A DNA stretch of 40,437 bases, from positions 62,001 to 102,437 of the forward strand of contig KZ538198.1 of assembly GCA_000934665.2 (NCBI GenBank), given 5' to 3'. Under the pieces are notes generated by a model. It was given only the letters and a program-made list of their open reading frames with translations, searched no databases and was not told where the DNA came from. The position numbers were made by a program, and so were the translations under genes. This DNA comes from Catajapyx aquilonaris. Taxonomy: Eukaryota. Of the stretch, positions 13,754 to 27,300 are shown in pieces (within the stretch, counting starts at the first letter, position 1; each line of letters starts with the position of its first letter).

Positions 13754-14539
13754 GTAAGGGACTTTATCTTGGTCACATTTCTACAATTTGTGGCCGGAAA
13801 CGTGCAATTTGGCCCCACTAGTCGATTCAAAGTACTATCTCAAAAGTAAGGTTCTTTTGGCTGTAAATTGTTCTATAATTTTTTGCGTTTTATATGAGGT
13901 AATAAGACATACAGTGTGAATTACAATCAGACTCTGTTGCAATGTAATGAACATGATATTTCCCTGGTTACATTGAAATGAAGTCGAACCTGAGGCTTGA
14001 TCCGCACTGCAGACACTGTAACCTGCATTCCAGCACTTAACTGCGGTTACTGTAGCTCAATTAGGGCCTCTCTTTTTCACCTAATTCCGGAACATCGAGT
14101 GTGCTTGGGGACGTCCATAAAGGACGTCACGGATGTGAGGTTTGGGAGGGTTGATTGCAGCATGACGGAGCGTGACACGATGGTACAGTGCAGTGTAGGG
14201 TTGGGTTGGACATGGCGTCAGACTCCAAAATCGGATTAAGGCGAGAAAATGGCAGCTGAACACGTATTCGGGCGAGAGGGTTTTACCAATTCGCGTAACA
14301 CTGCATTACAGCACTTCCCTCGCCATATTTTCAACTATACTGTGACTGAAGTAATTGGCGAAAATGTGACCGTATTCTTAGAAACGTGTATTAAAAGGTA
14401 TTCGAAAATAGCGTCTCTTGGGTATCTTCCCAAGAGACGCTATCCTCGTATACCTGGAATGTTTTCATCTTTGTTGGGATAGATGATATTGTTATTGTGG
14501 CAAACCCTGACATGGATGGGATGTGAAGAACATCACACT

Positions 14540-15050
14540 CAAGAGTCGTACAGGTACACTGTATGCACGTGGAAGACCCATTCAAGTGTTGTGCGATGTT
14601 ACCCGATATGCAGGTGTACTCTAACATACTGTACGTGTATATTGCCCTACAGTCTCGTATTTCGGAGTCCTGCAACACTGACAAGAGACACCATTGGTGG
14701 CATATCTATAGCGTCGATTTAGACTACGCTGTTTGTGGAGAGGATTTTCATGTGTGATCTCCTGCAGTTCTTGGAGCCAGCACTTGTTGACTGTTTGGCA
14801 AGCCAGTAAGACATAGCCAAGTAGTATACTGCAGTGGTCCCAGATGTTTCGACGCCATCTGCGCAAACAATTGGTCTGGTGATTTCTTCCGTGAGGTTGG
14901 TTGGCGTCTTCCGGAGAGTCGACTGTATAGGGAACCAACGGAGCGAAGAAGTGCATTCCAATGAGGGAATGTTCATGAGGCGCATAAATCTGGTTGCGGC
15001 TTGGAAGCCTGCTCCCAAGATAGCTGACACTCACAGCCCTTGACAGTCAG
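14540..15050 (-). mobile_element. Heavily decayed DNA-transposase fragment, Kolobok-like (tentative)
   Basis: The minus-strand frame VSAILGAGFQAATRFMRLMNIPSL...WFPIQSTL...EEITRPIVCADGVETSGTTAVY resembles the animal transposase pattern SAaILfsG....lrmf..mNl....ff..Q..yL.......rplvl.gDGr.DSPGh.AkY. Catalytic residues are not intact and no TIRs were identified. Confidence 0.35.
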
Positions 15051-18000
15051 CAGCAGCCTCTTCCTCGTAAAGGCCTAGGGGCGTTCAACTTGCTACTCAC
15101 TCCGCATGCAAACTTTCCAGACAACCAGGGGGATTCAGACATCATCTTCACATCCCACATAATGCACCCACCGTTTTCTTTCTGACAAACAGATTTAAGG
15201 CCTGTGGACTGGGCTCACCTATAGGGGACCATTTGCATAGCACCTTCAGGTGATAAATCACAAGCCCAGATCTCTTTTTATGTCACCAACGGTAATAAAG
15301 AAATGTCCTCTGCATTGCATTGTGGAGATAATGTCAAGTGGCTGGATCCGTCATTAAAGAAGCGCTATATAAGTCGTAACGAGCGTTGAAGAGAAACCGC
15401 AAGGAGCCTGTTATAGGCCTGATTTCTGGCATCCATTAATAGGCCCTCTTGCCACCATCTGGAGACCAGGAGATAGCGCTCTCATAATGCTGTAATTTCA
15501 GCTGCGACCGCAAGGGGCGGAATATTTTATGGCCGGAGCTGCTTCCAAACTGGAGGGAATTGCGAAAAAGGGACATGTGAGTTAGTACTGCATATTTTAA
15601 ACCTTCGGAATTGATACTACAACTCGGGAGGTATAATGTGAGGGCGCCGAGACTCCATTACGATGTTGGTTAATAACCAGATTTACGGCTGAATTTTCCC
15701 TGGAGTTAGCCTGACTTGGCGCCGTTACCGACCTGGTGGGCTGTTATGGTTCCTGGAGTTGAAGCAAGTTGAAAGATATTTTTTCCTGGCTTCCTTAACA
15801 AAAGGTGGTGGAGGGAGCGACCCTTCTAGGCACGTTAGAATTTCCACGAGTTTGGAGTGTTCGGTGATGGTTGCTGGCGAAATAGAGAGAAATGAGGGTA
15901 CCTGGATATGGGGAAGGAGTAGACACGTGTGGTGAGGCCGAATCACCCCATTTCGTTCATGATTCCAGTTGCGTATTCTACCCTCATTCTTGCTGCCTTT
16001 TTTTTGGGATAGTTTCGGTCCGATGTGACCTGAATTTTATTTTCATAGTGAGCTGCTAGCTAGGAGTGTTAATCTGATTCGCAATGTGGCGAGTAAGTTT
16101 GTGAGAAAATTCCTCATTCCATGAAAGGATAACAAGAAAGCATTTGCAATGTGTTTGCTTCTAATATGAAAACGTTGTATTCGTGATGGAAATGACTGTC
16201 AGTGTTAATATTTTGTAAGCCTCTTAGGGACTTATGCAGTGTAAGCTGCTTATAACAACTTTGTAAATGTAACTAATGCATCTGCCATGCGTTTTCCGTT
16301 GTGTCTTGCAAGTCCTTAGTGCCAAAAGAATACATATTTTGTTGCTAAAAATCTTCTCTCAGCGGTCTGCCTGTGGTAGATTAACTGGTATTTTAGCGTA
16401 CGTATATTTTTGAGGGTATTTATAAGAGCGTATTTTAAATGACGCATAGAAACCAAATAGAATCAGTGCGGTTTTTCTACATCACGTGAAGCTTCAAAAA
16501 GAACTTGTAGTAACGAGCATAATGCACTCTCTGTTGTATGATACATTATGTGGAATGCAGCATGTGTCCAACTTTTTATATCTAAAACCTTCTTTCTTTG
16601 CTAATAAACAATGCCGTTCTCATTTCAAAATGCATAAATACTACGTGAACTCTTGTCAGTTTGGACACATCCTGCGCAGGCTAATTAGCAGTGGGTTCAT
16701 GTAAAAGAATTAAGCCCGCTGTATAATTTTTATTCTCTCGATCTTGACCTATACCAAGCTACGTGACGAAGCAACGTAATATGTGTATATCGTGGAAATA
16801 AACTGTTTAATAGCCCAAGTAGGGGAAGCCAAGAGGCAGTAAAACAAGCAGTAATATGAGTATTGTAATGCGCGAGTGCAGTGCACAATGCAAGCTGCTC
16901 CGACACCTCAATATAAACTTTGTATTATAAAGCTGCGAAATGCCTAGAAAACGTGCGACATGGTCGGTCAGGAAAGCTCTAAAAAGTTCACGCGACACTT
17001 ACATTGCTAATTAAATTGCATTTGCTAAACTCGTAAAATGAGGCAGACGGCCTTGTTATTCGGTAGCGTTATTATTGCCTCTGCCATAAAAATTAGCGTA
17101 TTTGTGCGGGGGACACGGGTGAAATATAATGTGCATTTACGCGAATGCTCTTCGTTTGTATCACGTAAACACATCAAAGAAACAATACCGCTAGATATTG
17201 CGTAAATGAATCTGCATAGAAGTACTTTTGATGTGGCGCAGAGGTATGCCACTATATCCCTCTGTTGATGTCAAAGCTATCCGAGTCAAAGTGTAGTCTT
17301 CTGGTCTATATAGGTAGAAATACCGCGCAATGTTTCAGTTCCATCCAGGAAGCTGCCATTTGTTTTGGCAATTTATATTAAAACGCTTTGCGGATTGCCA
17401 GTGGAAGGGATCACATAAAGAACGTGCTTTGGCAACAGTTTGGGTTTGCAGAGATATTTATTAGGCAGGGTGTTACGAATTATTTGTTATTTACTGCAAA
17501 CGATGGATGACCTTTCAATCCTGGCCAGATTATGCCTGGAGTGATGCAACGAACTTTCCTTAATATTATACGTCAAAACTGGAAGTAACATGCCCGTTGT
17601 GATTAATTTCTGAACATGTTATGAGAGGTAATGAGGCCGAGGATCAACCAATCCCTGTACTGCATTTAAAATTTACATATGCTCTTACGTGTTATGTTAT
17701 CTCCTGCACAACTCGATCGTGATGGCCAATGTGGGATGCAGATTTGCTGAAACCCTGATTAGTGACCACCATCACATTAAATGTGCCCCATTACTGCTAC
17801 ACCTGGGCCACTTGCGCAATGCACACCTATGCCATTGGGATATGTACTGATTAATATTTTAGGCTTTCATTATTTGATCTGTTGTACTAATGATTTATTC
17901 GGCCTCTTCAAAGGGCTAATCCAAAATGCTGCACATAACGTATTGTTCATATTCATTACTGTAATTCGCAGAGCTATGGGATACATCAAAATGAGCTTTA

Positions 18001-19577
18001 TTATTTATTGTACATATAGTAACATGAAAAGCTGCTTTCCATTTACTAAATTCATGGTAATCCAACTCGTGTTAACGCATTCATAATATCGCCCTGGAAC
18101 TGAGGAGCTCCGGCAAGCTACCATTACTGTAGCATTCTCATTTATTTATTTAATTTCACGTTTATTTCACCCAGAGGGCTCGGAGGCCATTACGGGGAGA
18201 CGATCAGTGGCGCCCAAAAATCATTGTAGCAGTCTACATTTCGAATTGTACATTATTGCAATAACTTGTAATCTACACAAAATATACATCAGCTGACCTA
18301 CCTCATTTTGTACGTAAATTGAGCGAAAACTGAAGTGGCTTCCGACCCTGCCGGAATGCTACTTAAGCAATTACCACTCTAGGAATATGCGGACCAAGGC
18401 TTGAGCCTAATGTGCCGTAAAGAGACATCCAATCAAAACTTTTCGCAGTAACCATCGTCTCATCAGTGTCTCTTGAAAATCCTACAATTTATGCATTTTG
18501 CACCCCAATTTTCTCCCGCCCAACCCTAATGGCCGGACTTCCAGTTGCCTCCGATTTGAGAACGCTGCCTCAGAATCTCATGATGGCTCCAATTGAATTT
18601 ATTTTTGTACTAGTGCTTATTATCCTGAATTGCATGCATATACGTGTTTCAGACGAGATGAAATTTTTTTTCAAACCTGGTCAGAAACATGAGATATCGC
18701 GTTTTGGTAGGTGCTCTTCTGAAAGGTAGAGCTGGTACTTAGCACGTAAGAGCTGGCTCAGTGTGCTTTGTAGTGATATATAANGGGGGGGGGTTAGCAT
18801 AGAGAGGCTCTCTCTCCTAATTAGTTCTCTATGGATGCTTTTCCTTCAGTAGAGAGTCTGCTGGTCCAGATCTAGGCTGCTTTTACCAAGGCTAGGAAGT
18901 TTTAGAAAGCCTCCCCTCCTCTTTTCCATCCCTTCACATCTGATAAGTAATGCAAGAGGTGTGGCAGCAGGGTAAGACGGCGGGGAAAATTTCTCTTGAG
19001 GGATAAAATCCTCGGTGCAGGAGGCGTCTCGCCCACGGATTACTTTTTAATGAGTCCAGACTTGTTTCCATATGAAATATCGCCGATCGATTCCCGTCGG
19101 GGTTTGGTATGGATTTATGTGTGGTGCATGTATTTTGCATGTGAGGAGTCCTGATGGAGAATGCAATTCAGAATAGGAAAATGCGACGGGGCCTCGGACC
19201 TACAGCCTCGTTTGCATTTAAACAGCAATTGCATTAGTTCCAATCGATATTCCTGCCCTTCCACCTCTTGCCCCTCCCCTACCTCCTCCTGCTGCTGGTT
19301 TGTGTTACTCGGAGTAAATTATTTGCGGCTTTCGAAGTTGGAATTCAATTTTCTTCTCCCCTTGCTGCAGAACCTACAAGACAGGTACCAATAAACGTGC
19401 CAAAGTAAGAGCACTACATTCCAACTTGCAGAGCGGTTCTTACAACAATTGTGTTCCTGTTCGGATTGTCAGCCAGCTCACCTACTGGAGCTCTCTATTG
19501 GGACCTATAGTTATTGCTGACAGCCATTATTGCATCAATAGCAAATTGTTTCAATTGAATGCATTGTTTCGTTTCAG

Positions 19578-19633
19578 AAAAACCAGTGGGTGGATGAAAA
19601 CAGATTGCTCATATTGCATCATCCAATATACAG
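19578..19633 (+). CDS. NOS1AP: CAPON/NOS1AP coding exon, 56 nt: KNQWVDENRLLILHHPIY(R)
   Basis: Acceptor ttgtttcgtttcag ends at 19577; donor CAG|gtaagt at 19634; phase 0/2. This frame is absent from the ORF track and was read manually. W.DE and PIYR match CAPON, and the phase fits both neighbouring exons. Confidence 0.93.
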
Positions 19634-20063
19634 GTAAGTTCATTTCCACTGTATAGTCTACATGTATTGTACTTATGCCCGGGGGGCTTCTTAAACTTTG
19701 ATATTTTGCGTCAAATAGCCATTTTCAAGAAACTCCCAAATAAACATAAGGCGCCATAATAGAGGACGGTTCGTGGGTTCAGGCGTGGAGCAGAAGACAT
19801 GTTAGGATGAAATATTTGTTTAATTGGGCACTACCTCCTGCTATGGGGGAAAGCACAAGGAGCTTTCCCCTTTTTCGCCTTTTTAAAAATGCATGCGGAA
19901 GTGCTCTTAAGCAAACATGCAGGTGCTATTTTCCCAACGAGCCTCTTCTTCCTCAATATTTTTCTTGCCGTCGCAATTCGAAAAGTTCCACCGTAATGCG
20001 TTCCTTTGTGAGACGCGATACATTCTCACGCTCAAGCCCATTCAGCATTCAGTCTTGTGATGT

Positions 20064-20224
20064 NNNNNNNNNNNNNNNNNNNNNNNNNNNNNNNNNNNNN
20101 NNNNNNNNNNNNNNNNNNNNNNNNNNNNNNNNNNNNNNNNNNNNNNNNNNNNNNNNNNNNNNNNNNNNNNNNNNNNNNNNNNNNNNNNNNNNNNNNNNNN
20201 NNNNNNNNNNNNNNNNNNNNNNNN
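20064..20224. other. Assembly gap (161 N) followed by G15
   Basis: N run, then a G homopolymer at 20225-20239. Confidence 0.99.
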
Positions 20225-21284
20225 GGGGGGGGGGGGGGGAGCATTGCGTCATTTTGAGAAGCGTCGCGTAAATCCTGCCCGTAAGTGTCAGTATTAGGCT
20301 TTAGATTCCTTTTTTTTAAACTGGGACAAAAATGGGATGAAGCCTTCACCATTTTGTAGTTTCAGAGAGGCCATTTTTGGGCGCCAATTGAAGAAGACGG
20401 TTCCGTCATATTTATATAGGAAGTAGTCTGCTCGTGAAATACTGCCTTTTTGTACAATCCTTCTGGAGCAAAGGTGCAGAACCAGTCGGGAATTGTGAAG
20501 CTGGCAGAATGACGGAGCTATAAATTCCTTACGGTCCTCATAGTTCAGGAGTGGCAGGTCCAAAACTGCGACGAAAATTGAGGAGTTGAGGAACATTTTT
20601 TATCCAGCACCCTTTAAACCCCGGGGCTTGAAGGGAACCGAGTGACATAATTTGGCGGGGTGGCTGACATGTATGAGGAATGTTTTGTCGTAATCATCAG
20701 GCAGGTCTGTAACTGGCTGTCTTGAAATTATTGCAAGGCTGAAACTGAGTTATTGCTGCAAGTATAGGTGGAAAATTATAGGTTGTTGTGTAACTATTTA
20801 ATCTACGTGTAATTGTTCGATCTAGTAATAAATGGATTAACGTGGGCTGTCAATATGACAAAGTGATGGTGGTTTTATTAAGAAGATGCAAGCCATGCCT
20901 AACATGGCCTTTTGTTGGATCAAGCGGAAGTTCTCTGGCGCGTTAAGAGATGATTACGGTGGAAACAAAGGTCGAGGTTCTCCTATACGGGGCCAAGAAA
21001 TTGGGGAATGATTGAACTCTTTGCCTGGGCAACTTGTCGCCCCAGCATCCCTTGTTTGCATGACGAGGTCATTAAGGCTTGCTGCAGATTTGCGAACGGC
21101 TTGTTGAAAGTTAATTGGAAATTTCTCGGGGTCGAATGTACATGGGCGGAGATTTCTCTCAGCGCCATTTAAATCCCACGGAATGCTGCGACATTTTGTG
21201 TCCTAATTGCGAATTTCTTGGCTTTGATTTGTTGAGCCTATAAACGAATTTGAGACTGATTGAACCTTTTTTTTCCTCTTTCAG

Positions 21285-21393
21285 GATATTCTACGTTTCC
21301 CATGATTCTCAGGATCTTAAGATCTTCAGCTACATTGCCAGAGATGGTTCCAGTAATGTGTTCAAGTGCAACGTATTCAAGTCAAATAAGAAG
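21285..21393 (+). CDS. NOS1AP: CAPON/NOS1AP coding exon, 109 nt: (R)[36 protein letters not shown]
   Basis: Acceptor ttttttttcctctttcag ends at 21284; donor AAG|gtaaga at 21394; phase 2/0. Encodes the highly conserved PTB core. Confidence 0.96.
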
Positions 21394-24300
21394 GTAAGAG
21401 AATTTTTGTTGCTAGAAACACTGTTTTACAGCAGACGGGGAATTTCTGCTGCCGTTACTTAATTCGTGATAGCCCTATTCTAGTCTTATGGTTAGGCGTC
21501 ACTCTGTCATTGGCATTCACCGACAGGGATTTTCTCAGGTTTTTCCGATTACCAGCAAAGGTAATTTCAGGATTATTTTCTTCGAAATGTCTTTCTTACC
21601 TCCCTAGTCTCATCCCCAAAAATCAAAATAAAGTAAGAAGAAAAGGAAGAATAAATATACCGTGCATGATTCCTTTTCATATTACAATGTGCATTTTTTG
21701 ATTGTCATTATTTCCGCTGGTAATGACTGGACAAGAATCGGAGGCAAGTTGAGCTGGCCTCCTTTAACAGATCTTCCAATATTAAAGCAGCAAATCCTGT
21801 ACGTGCAGGACGACGCGAGCGAAGCTGCGAAATCCACAAAGAAAGCCCAATGAAGCCAACTAAAACGTGCATGGGAAAGCGATTGGTGTCCGGTCAACCG
21901 CTTTCCGATTGGAGGTAGAGCCTTGTTTGCATCATTCATAGGCTTATCTGGGCGCCAGCATAGAGTCCCACAAAGCGCCTTGCCTTCGCCTCAAGGCAAA
22001 TATTAGCCCTTGTTCGATCGCCTTGTCTTTCTTACCACTCCTAACCTTCTGCATATAGAGGTTGGATGAAGCTATCCCGAAGCTTCACGTATTCTTCTTC
22101 CTATACCTTTGATAGATGGGTTGGTTTCAGCCTGATTGTTGCTGTCACATGATGCGACACTTCTGCGAAATATGTCCTGCTGATATTTAGAGCATTGTTT
22201 GGGACGTTACAAGGTGTGACCAGCTCGTAGGTAGATCAATGTGAAAATTAGTTCCTTTTGAGGTTGGTGGTTAGAAAAGAGGACACGGGCTGGCATCTGT
22301 CGGACGCAAAGAACACAACCAGGATCGATCCTGTAAACGTGAGGCTCTGAGGGAAGAAGACCTATTAGTTGGTTTGCGGAGATGCGACCCTTCTTCTTTT
22401 TCCCTTCATCCGAAGAACCACGGATAGGTTTCCCTCCCCCAGAGGGTTGGACTCGCATTGGGACTAATTAGAGGTGAAAAGTGCCTAACGAGACTCCTTC
22501 CCAGAATGAAGTTCAATTCTCTGCAGGGGATCCAGGTTGTTAACGGGCGATTCCTTAGAGCGAGGGCAGCCCACGTGCTGCTTGTAGCCTTTGATGGCAA
22601 AAATGTTGGTTCATTCGGGTAATGCGAACTCATCAGGAGGCAAGAGTTGCTTTTGATGGCCAGAGGCACCCCATCCTCCCAGTGGAGGTAGGAAATATTT
22701 ATCCCCGCTTTGTCAGGAGATAAAAGGGGTGCCGAAGAGCACAATTAGCGATTTTGCCCTTGGGAAAGTGGTGGAAAAAGGGAGGCCCCCGCGTTCCCAA
22801 GCCAAGGCACAAGAATAAATTTATTCTCAGCAAAACTATACTGTAAACAAGCTTCTCCGTTACCACTTAAAACTGGGGTCCTTGTGGCAGTTTTCCGACG
22901 CAGATCTTGCCTTTGCCAAAAAGGCTGCTAGACTCATTTTTTTGGGTGTCCCGTCCCTGTTTTTTTTTCGGGCAGGTCGTGTCGTTTCATGGTGTGAATG
23001 AGGAGTCATTACTTGTCAGTCTTGCTGTTCAACCACTTCGCATGAGGCGGACTCCTCTTTGAAGATTTCCGAGAAGGAATAGTTTTATTGCCTGCACTTC
23101 CTTTATCCTCTTTTGCATGTCTTTTAGGAGACTATAAATACATTACCAAGTTCACGACAGTAGATCCACAGCATGTTGGGAAGTCGTAATTATTACTTCA
23201 CCTGTAGCACTAAAAAACAATCAGACATTTTCAGCCTCAGCCTAATCCGATTTATAGGTCAAATGGCAAACTGGATGTAATAAAGACGATGGAAATGGTA
23301 AGAGAAACCTCAGAAGGTGGGTAGAAATCCATTATCTTGGAGGAGCTAAGATCGATATTTTTCTTCTTCTTTGCCCTCTACCCACTAAGCGCAGATGTTT
23401 CTCTCATTCTTTGATTGCGGAATCGATGAGACTTCTTTTTTGGGGGGGCCGTTTTGAATTTTCCTCGAAGCGCGAACAAAAGAAGTTTGGGAGGTGCACT
23501 CTGGAAAGTGGCCCATGATCCCTTTATAAGTGCGGAGGGAAAAAGAGGGGGCCGGAGTGGTACATGACTCATCCATTTGGTAACGACCTTCCTCTTCCGA
23601 CTCTTTGTTGGTGCTTTGGCCTCCTCCTGAGGGAGATGATAGAACCTGATGAAATGTTTAGCAAAATGCCAGGGAGATTTTTTTATTGGGTTGCTTTTTG
23701 GTGCCAGGATGAGTCACACTCAATTTGAACCATTGAGGACACCAGTTGTTTATACCTGCAGCATGAAAATTTTTAGCGGAATTGTGCGAATTTTGATGTG
23801 TGGTGAAACAGGCGGTTGGGTCTCTTGCACTAATCAGATGGATTATTCCTGGAGTGCTTCCAGCTGTTGTGGTGGGAAAGGAAACTGTTATTATTCTGGA
23901 CTCTCAGGAAAATGCACACTCTCTCAGCGGAATATTCTCCAAAAACCTCGGGCTACCATTAACAGCCGGAGGAAGTTATTTCAGAGCATGTAACTAAAAA
24001 GTTGCAGTGCAAATTTCTCATAGGAGTTTTGCTACCCTCCAAAAGTTTCATGTATTTGATTCCATAGATCATCTCTGGAATAACTGGAGATGGATACAGG
24101 AATATTTGTGAAGCATTTTGAAGCGACAAATGCTTTTGAACATATTCTCTTTAGTAATAGGAATATTACCAACTTCATTCACCACTCTGTACCTGTAACT
24201 GGAGCATTCGATTATTGTGCCCGTAGGCGATGTAAACTGATAGTCTGGAATAGGATGAGCCTCTCTTATGGTTCTCCTGATAGTTATAAATATGAAGGCG

Positions 24301-27300
24301 CGACAAACAATAGGCAACCAGTGTTGCCTCGCCATATTGGCCTGCTTGGGTCGATGATGCCGGTATAGTATAAGGAAGACAATTTTTATCGTTCATTATA
24401 TTCCTCGAGGCAGTGAGGCACATAATTTATGAGCTTCCTGGAAAGAATGCACTTTCATTTCAAAACAACGGGGGGCATCAAAAATTTAAGCATTGCCGGA
24501 GGTGGAATATGTAGCTTCCCGTGGATGATGAAAAACTGGGGAGAAATTACGCGGAAAAGAACTATCTCGCAAGTCTTACTCGTAACAGGAAAAAAAAAAT
24601 CCCATTAAAAGTATTAACCACGTGATGTTACGTCAGCACGTAGGCCTATTTACGCTGTTACGACGATGAGGATGGCTCCCTTTGTTGCCAACATCCCCAG
24701 CTTGTGTTTTTCTCCTGGCAAAAATAAGCAGCAAACCCTTCCGTTCCATAAATCTTGGCATTATTAGCTACGCGTGAAGACTGGACAATAATTTATTGCG
24801 GATATCAGTAGCTCGGTTTCTTGTCCTCGCCGACAAGAAGAGGCGAACATATGCTGCTTCTAAAAATGGGGCTTTCACGTCACGACGCAACTCTGAAATA
24901 GTTTTGGCTAGACCCTGGCAGGCCGGAGGGCTTCTGAGGAGGTGGGGAGTGTTAAGACGTGAAAGCAGGAAGGGGTTGGGGGGTGGTAAGGAGGGCCAAA
25001 GGGGGGTGCACCTTCCACAGAATCACAAGTTGAGGAGGACCCCTCAGGAAGGTGTTCAGTGCTCGCGGGACTTGGTGATTTTTTTTAAACAAAAGACATG
25101 TTGTCGCCATTAGAGTGCAGTGGTTCATAAGTGGAAGCCACCGGGTATATTTATTTGTGCCAAAGTTTGCTGGGTGGATTATGGAGAGTGAGTTGCTAAG
25201 CTGGTGTGTTGGAGGATTGGCCATTATATGGAGGAAGCTTCTTCTTAATTACGATGTGGAGCCGGTTTTTTTGCAAAGAGAGGATGGCCCTATTGGGCTT
25301 CCCTGCTTAGAGAACCAATGAATAGGAAAGAGGGTTGAGGACGGAAAACGTGAGGGGAATTGGGGAAGCCAGTCTTAAGCCTCGATCGGAAGCAAGAGCG
25401 CTTTTTTTTGCATTTTTTTGCTGTTTTTCATGCATTTGAATTTGGCGGATTAGACTGAATAATGTGGAACAGGAAGTGTGTGCTTCTAATCTGACATTAT
25501 CTGCAAATTGTAACATGTGATCAATCCATGTTGGCATAGATGAAGTTAACCACAGGGTGCGGTGAAGGGCTTAATAATGTCTGTTCGTGCCGACAACACA
25601 CTCTTGACACTACTGCACCCTTCCTATGCTGCAATAAAATCCGACGCACTTGGTTCTAGCTGGAATAGCCCATTCCCGCCTATACATGGCCACCATTTTT
25701 CACCTGGGAGCTTACAAGACCATTGACAGATCCAGAAATTGCCATCTGCGCTGCGCACCCAGCCCTTTACGGCCGCAACTCGATTAGTCTCGACCCATGT
25801 TCTGCACCATTTCGAATAGAGGAATAGAGACGCAGACGTGTCTCAGATGTGCTAGCCACGCCCACTAGATTTTTTTTAGCGAAACTGTCTCCTCCCATAG
25901 GCAATTTTTGGGGGTGTCCTCTACCTGCCTGATTTAGATATGCAAATTTACACGGCCGACCCAGATACAGTGATTGATATTTAACGAGTGCCTGGTTTTA
26001 TGCAAGCTGATCAAGTTGTGCTTACATTTAGAAAGGGGCATTCGCCAATCCTCGTGAGATTAGGCGTGCGGAGATTTTTTTTCCGGTCCTAATGTAATAT
26101 TAATTTCAATCGCGCGGTTTTTTGTCCAGGTTTGTAAAAAAATCTGCGTGCCCTATATAACGCTGTGGGGCCTTTCTGAAGGCAAAATATTAATTAGTAA
26201 AGTAACTTGTTTGGCGAGTCGCAGATTAACTCGCGAGCTTTGCAAACACTACCCCGTTGTGTTCATAATAATGTTGCTGGTGAGCACATTTTGCGGCTGT
26301 CCTTTTAGAGCGCATTAAAATAATTGGAATGAATGCAACTTTTAATATCAGCCCTATTGTTCTTTTATGCAGAATGGCCTGGCCCGAATATGGGCTCTGC
26401 TTTCCCATCGCAAATATTGTTCATTAAGGAAAACTGCACTTTCATTTGCAACGATAATTGTGATAATTTGCACATGTGGATATGCTATTGTGAGTAATAA
26501 GTGGAGTAGGGATTTGGTGAGGACATGATGGATAATTTTTATTATACTGTCACACATAATCCACCTTAATATATTATGTTGAATATGATTATTAATGGAT
26601 TTCCTGGGGGAATCCGGCTTATCACCGAGGATTCCTTTGTAATAAGATTACCTTTTCTAAAATCACATGCATAACTTCAATGGAGTAATCTTCTTGCGAG
26701 AAATCTCTTCCGGGGCCATTCCACGAATCTTCTGCTGCTGTAAAAAGAAGGCTTAGGTGAAGGAATGAGCTGGATTACCCAGACTCTCTGAGCCGACGGT
26801 CGTTAGGAGGAAAACAAGCGGAGATGACAAACAAAGTAGCCACAAAACAAAGACACACAAACAAGGACGTCCACATTAGAATATTTGACATCGTTTTTTT
26901 TGCAATTTTTGGCAAAATATTTAACCCACTGGGCTCCGCTGAAGCCTTAGCGCAAAGGAGTCGAAGTATAGAGCAACTGAGGTGAAAGACATGAGTGAGT
27001 GAGTGAGGACCAGAGTAGGATATGTAGTTGTGCGGAAACGCGAGCGAGGTGAATTTGGCAATTGGTTGGGAATTCGAGGCAGTCGGGCGCCATGCAAGCA
27101 GCATCCCAGTCGGCCTTTCTTTGAGGGACCATTTGCCAAGTCCCTGCCGTGACAAGGCCCCCTACCGTTTCGCCCAATTTTTCACCTGCATCACTCTTTT
27201 TTGCTGCCTCCTTTTCCGTGCTGCCTGCCCCTTTTTGTTGTCTCTTCTTCCCTAAAATTGTTGCAGGGTGGCGTGCATGCCTCGCCTGGCTATACGCCTG

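Noticed and set aside
19807..20352. ORFs spanning the N gap
   Set aside because: Artefacts of N translated as X.
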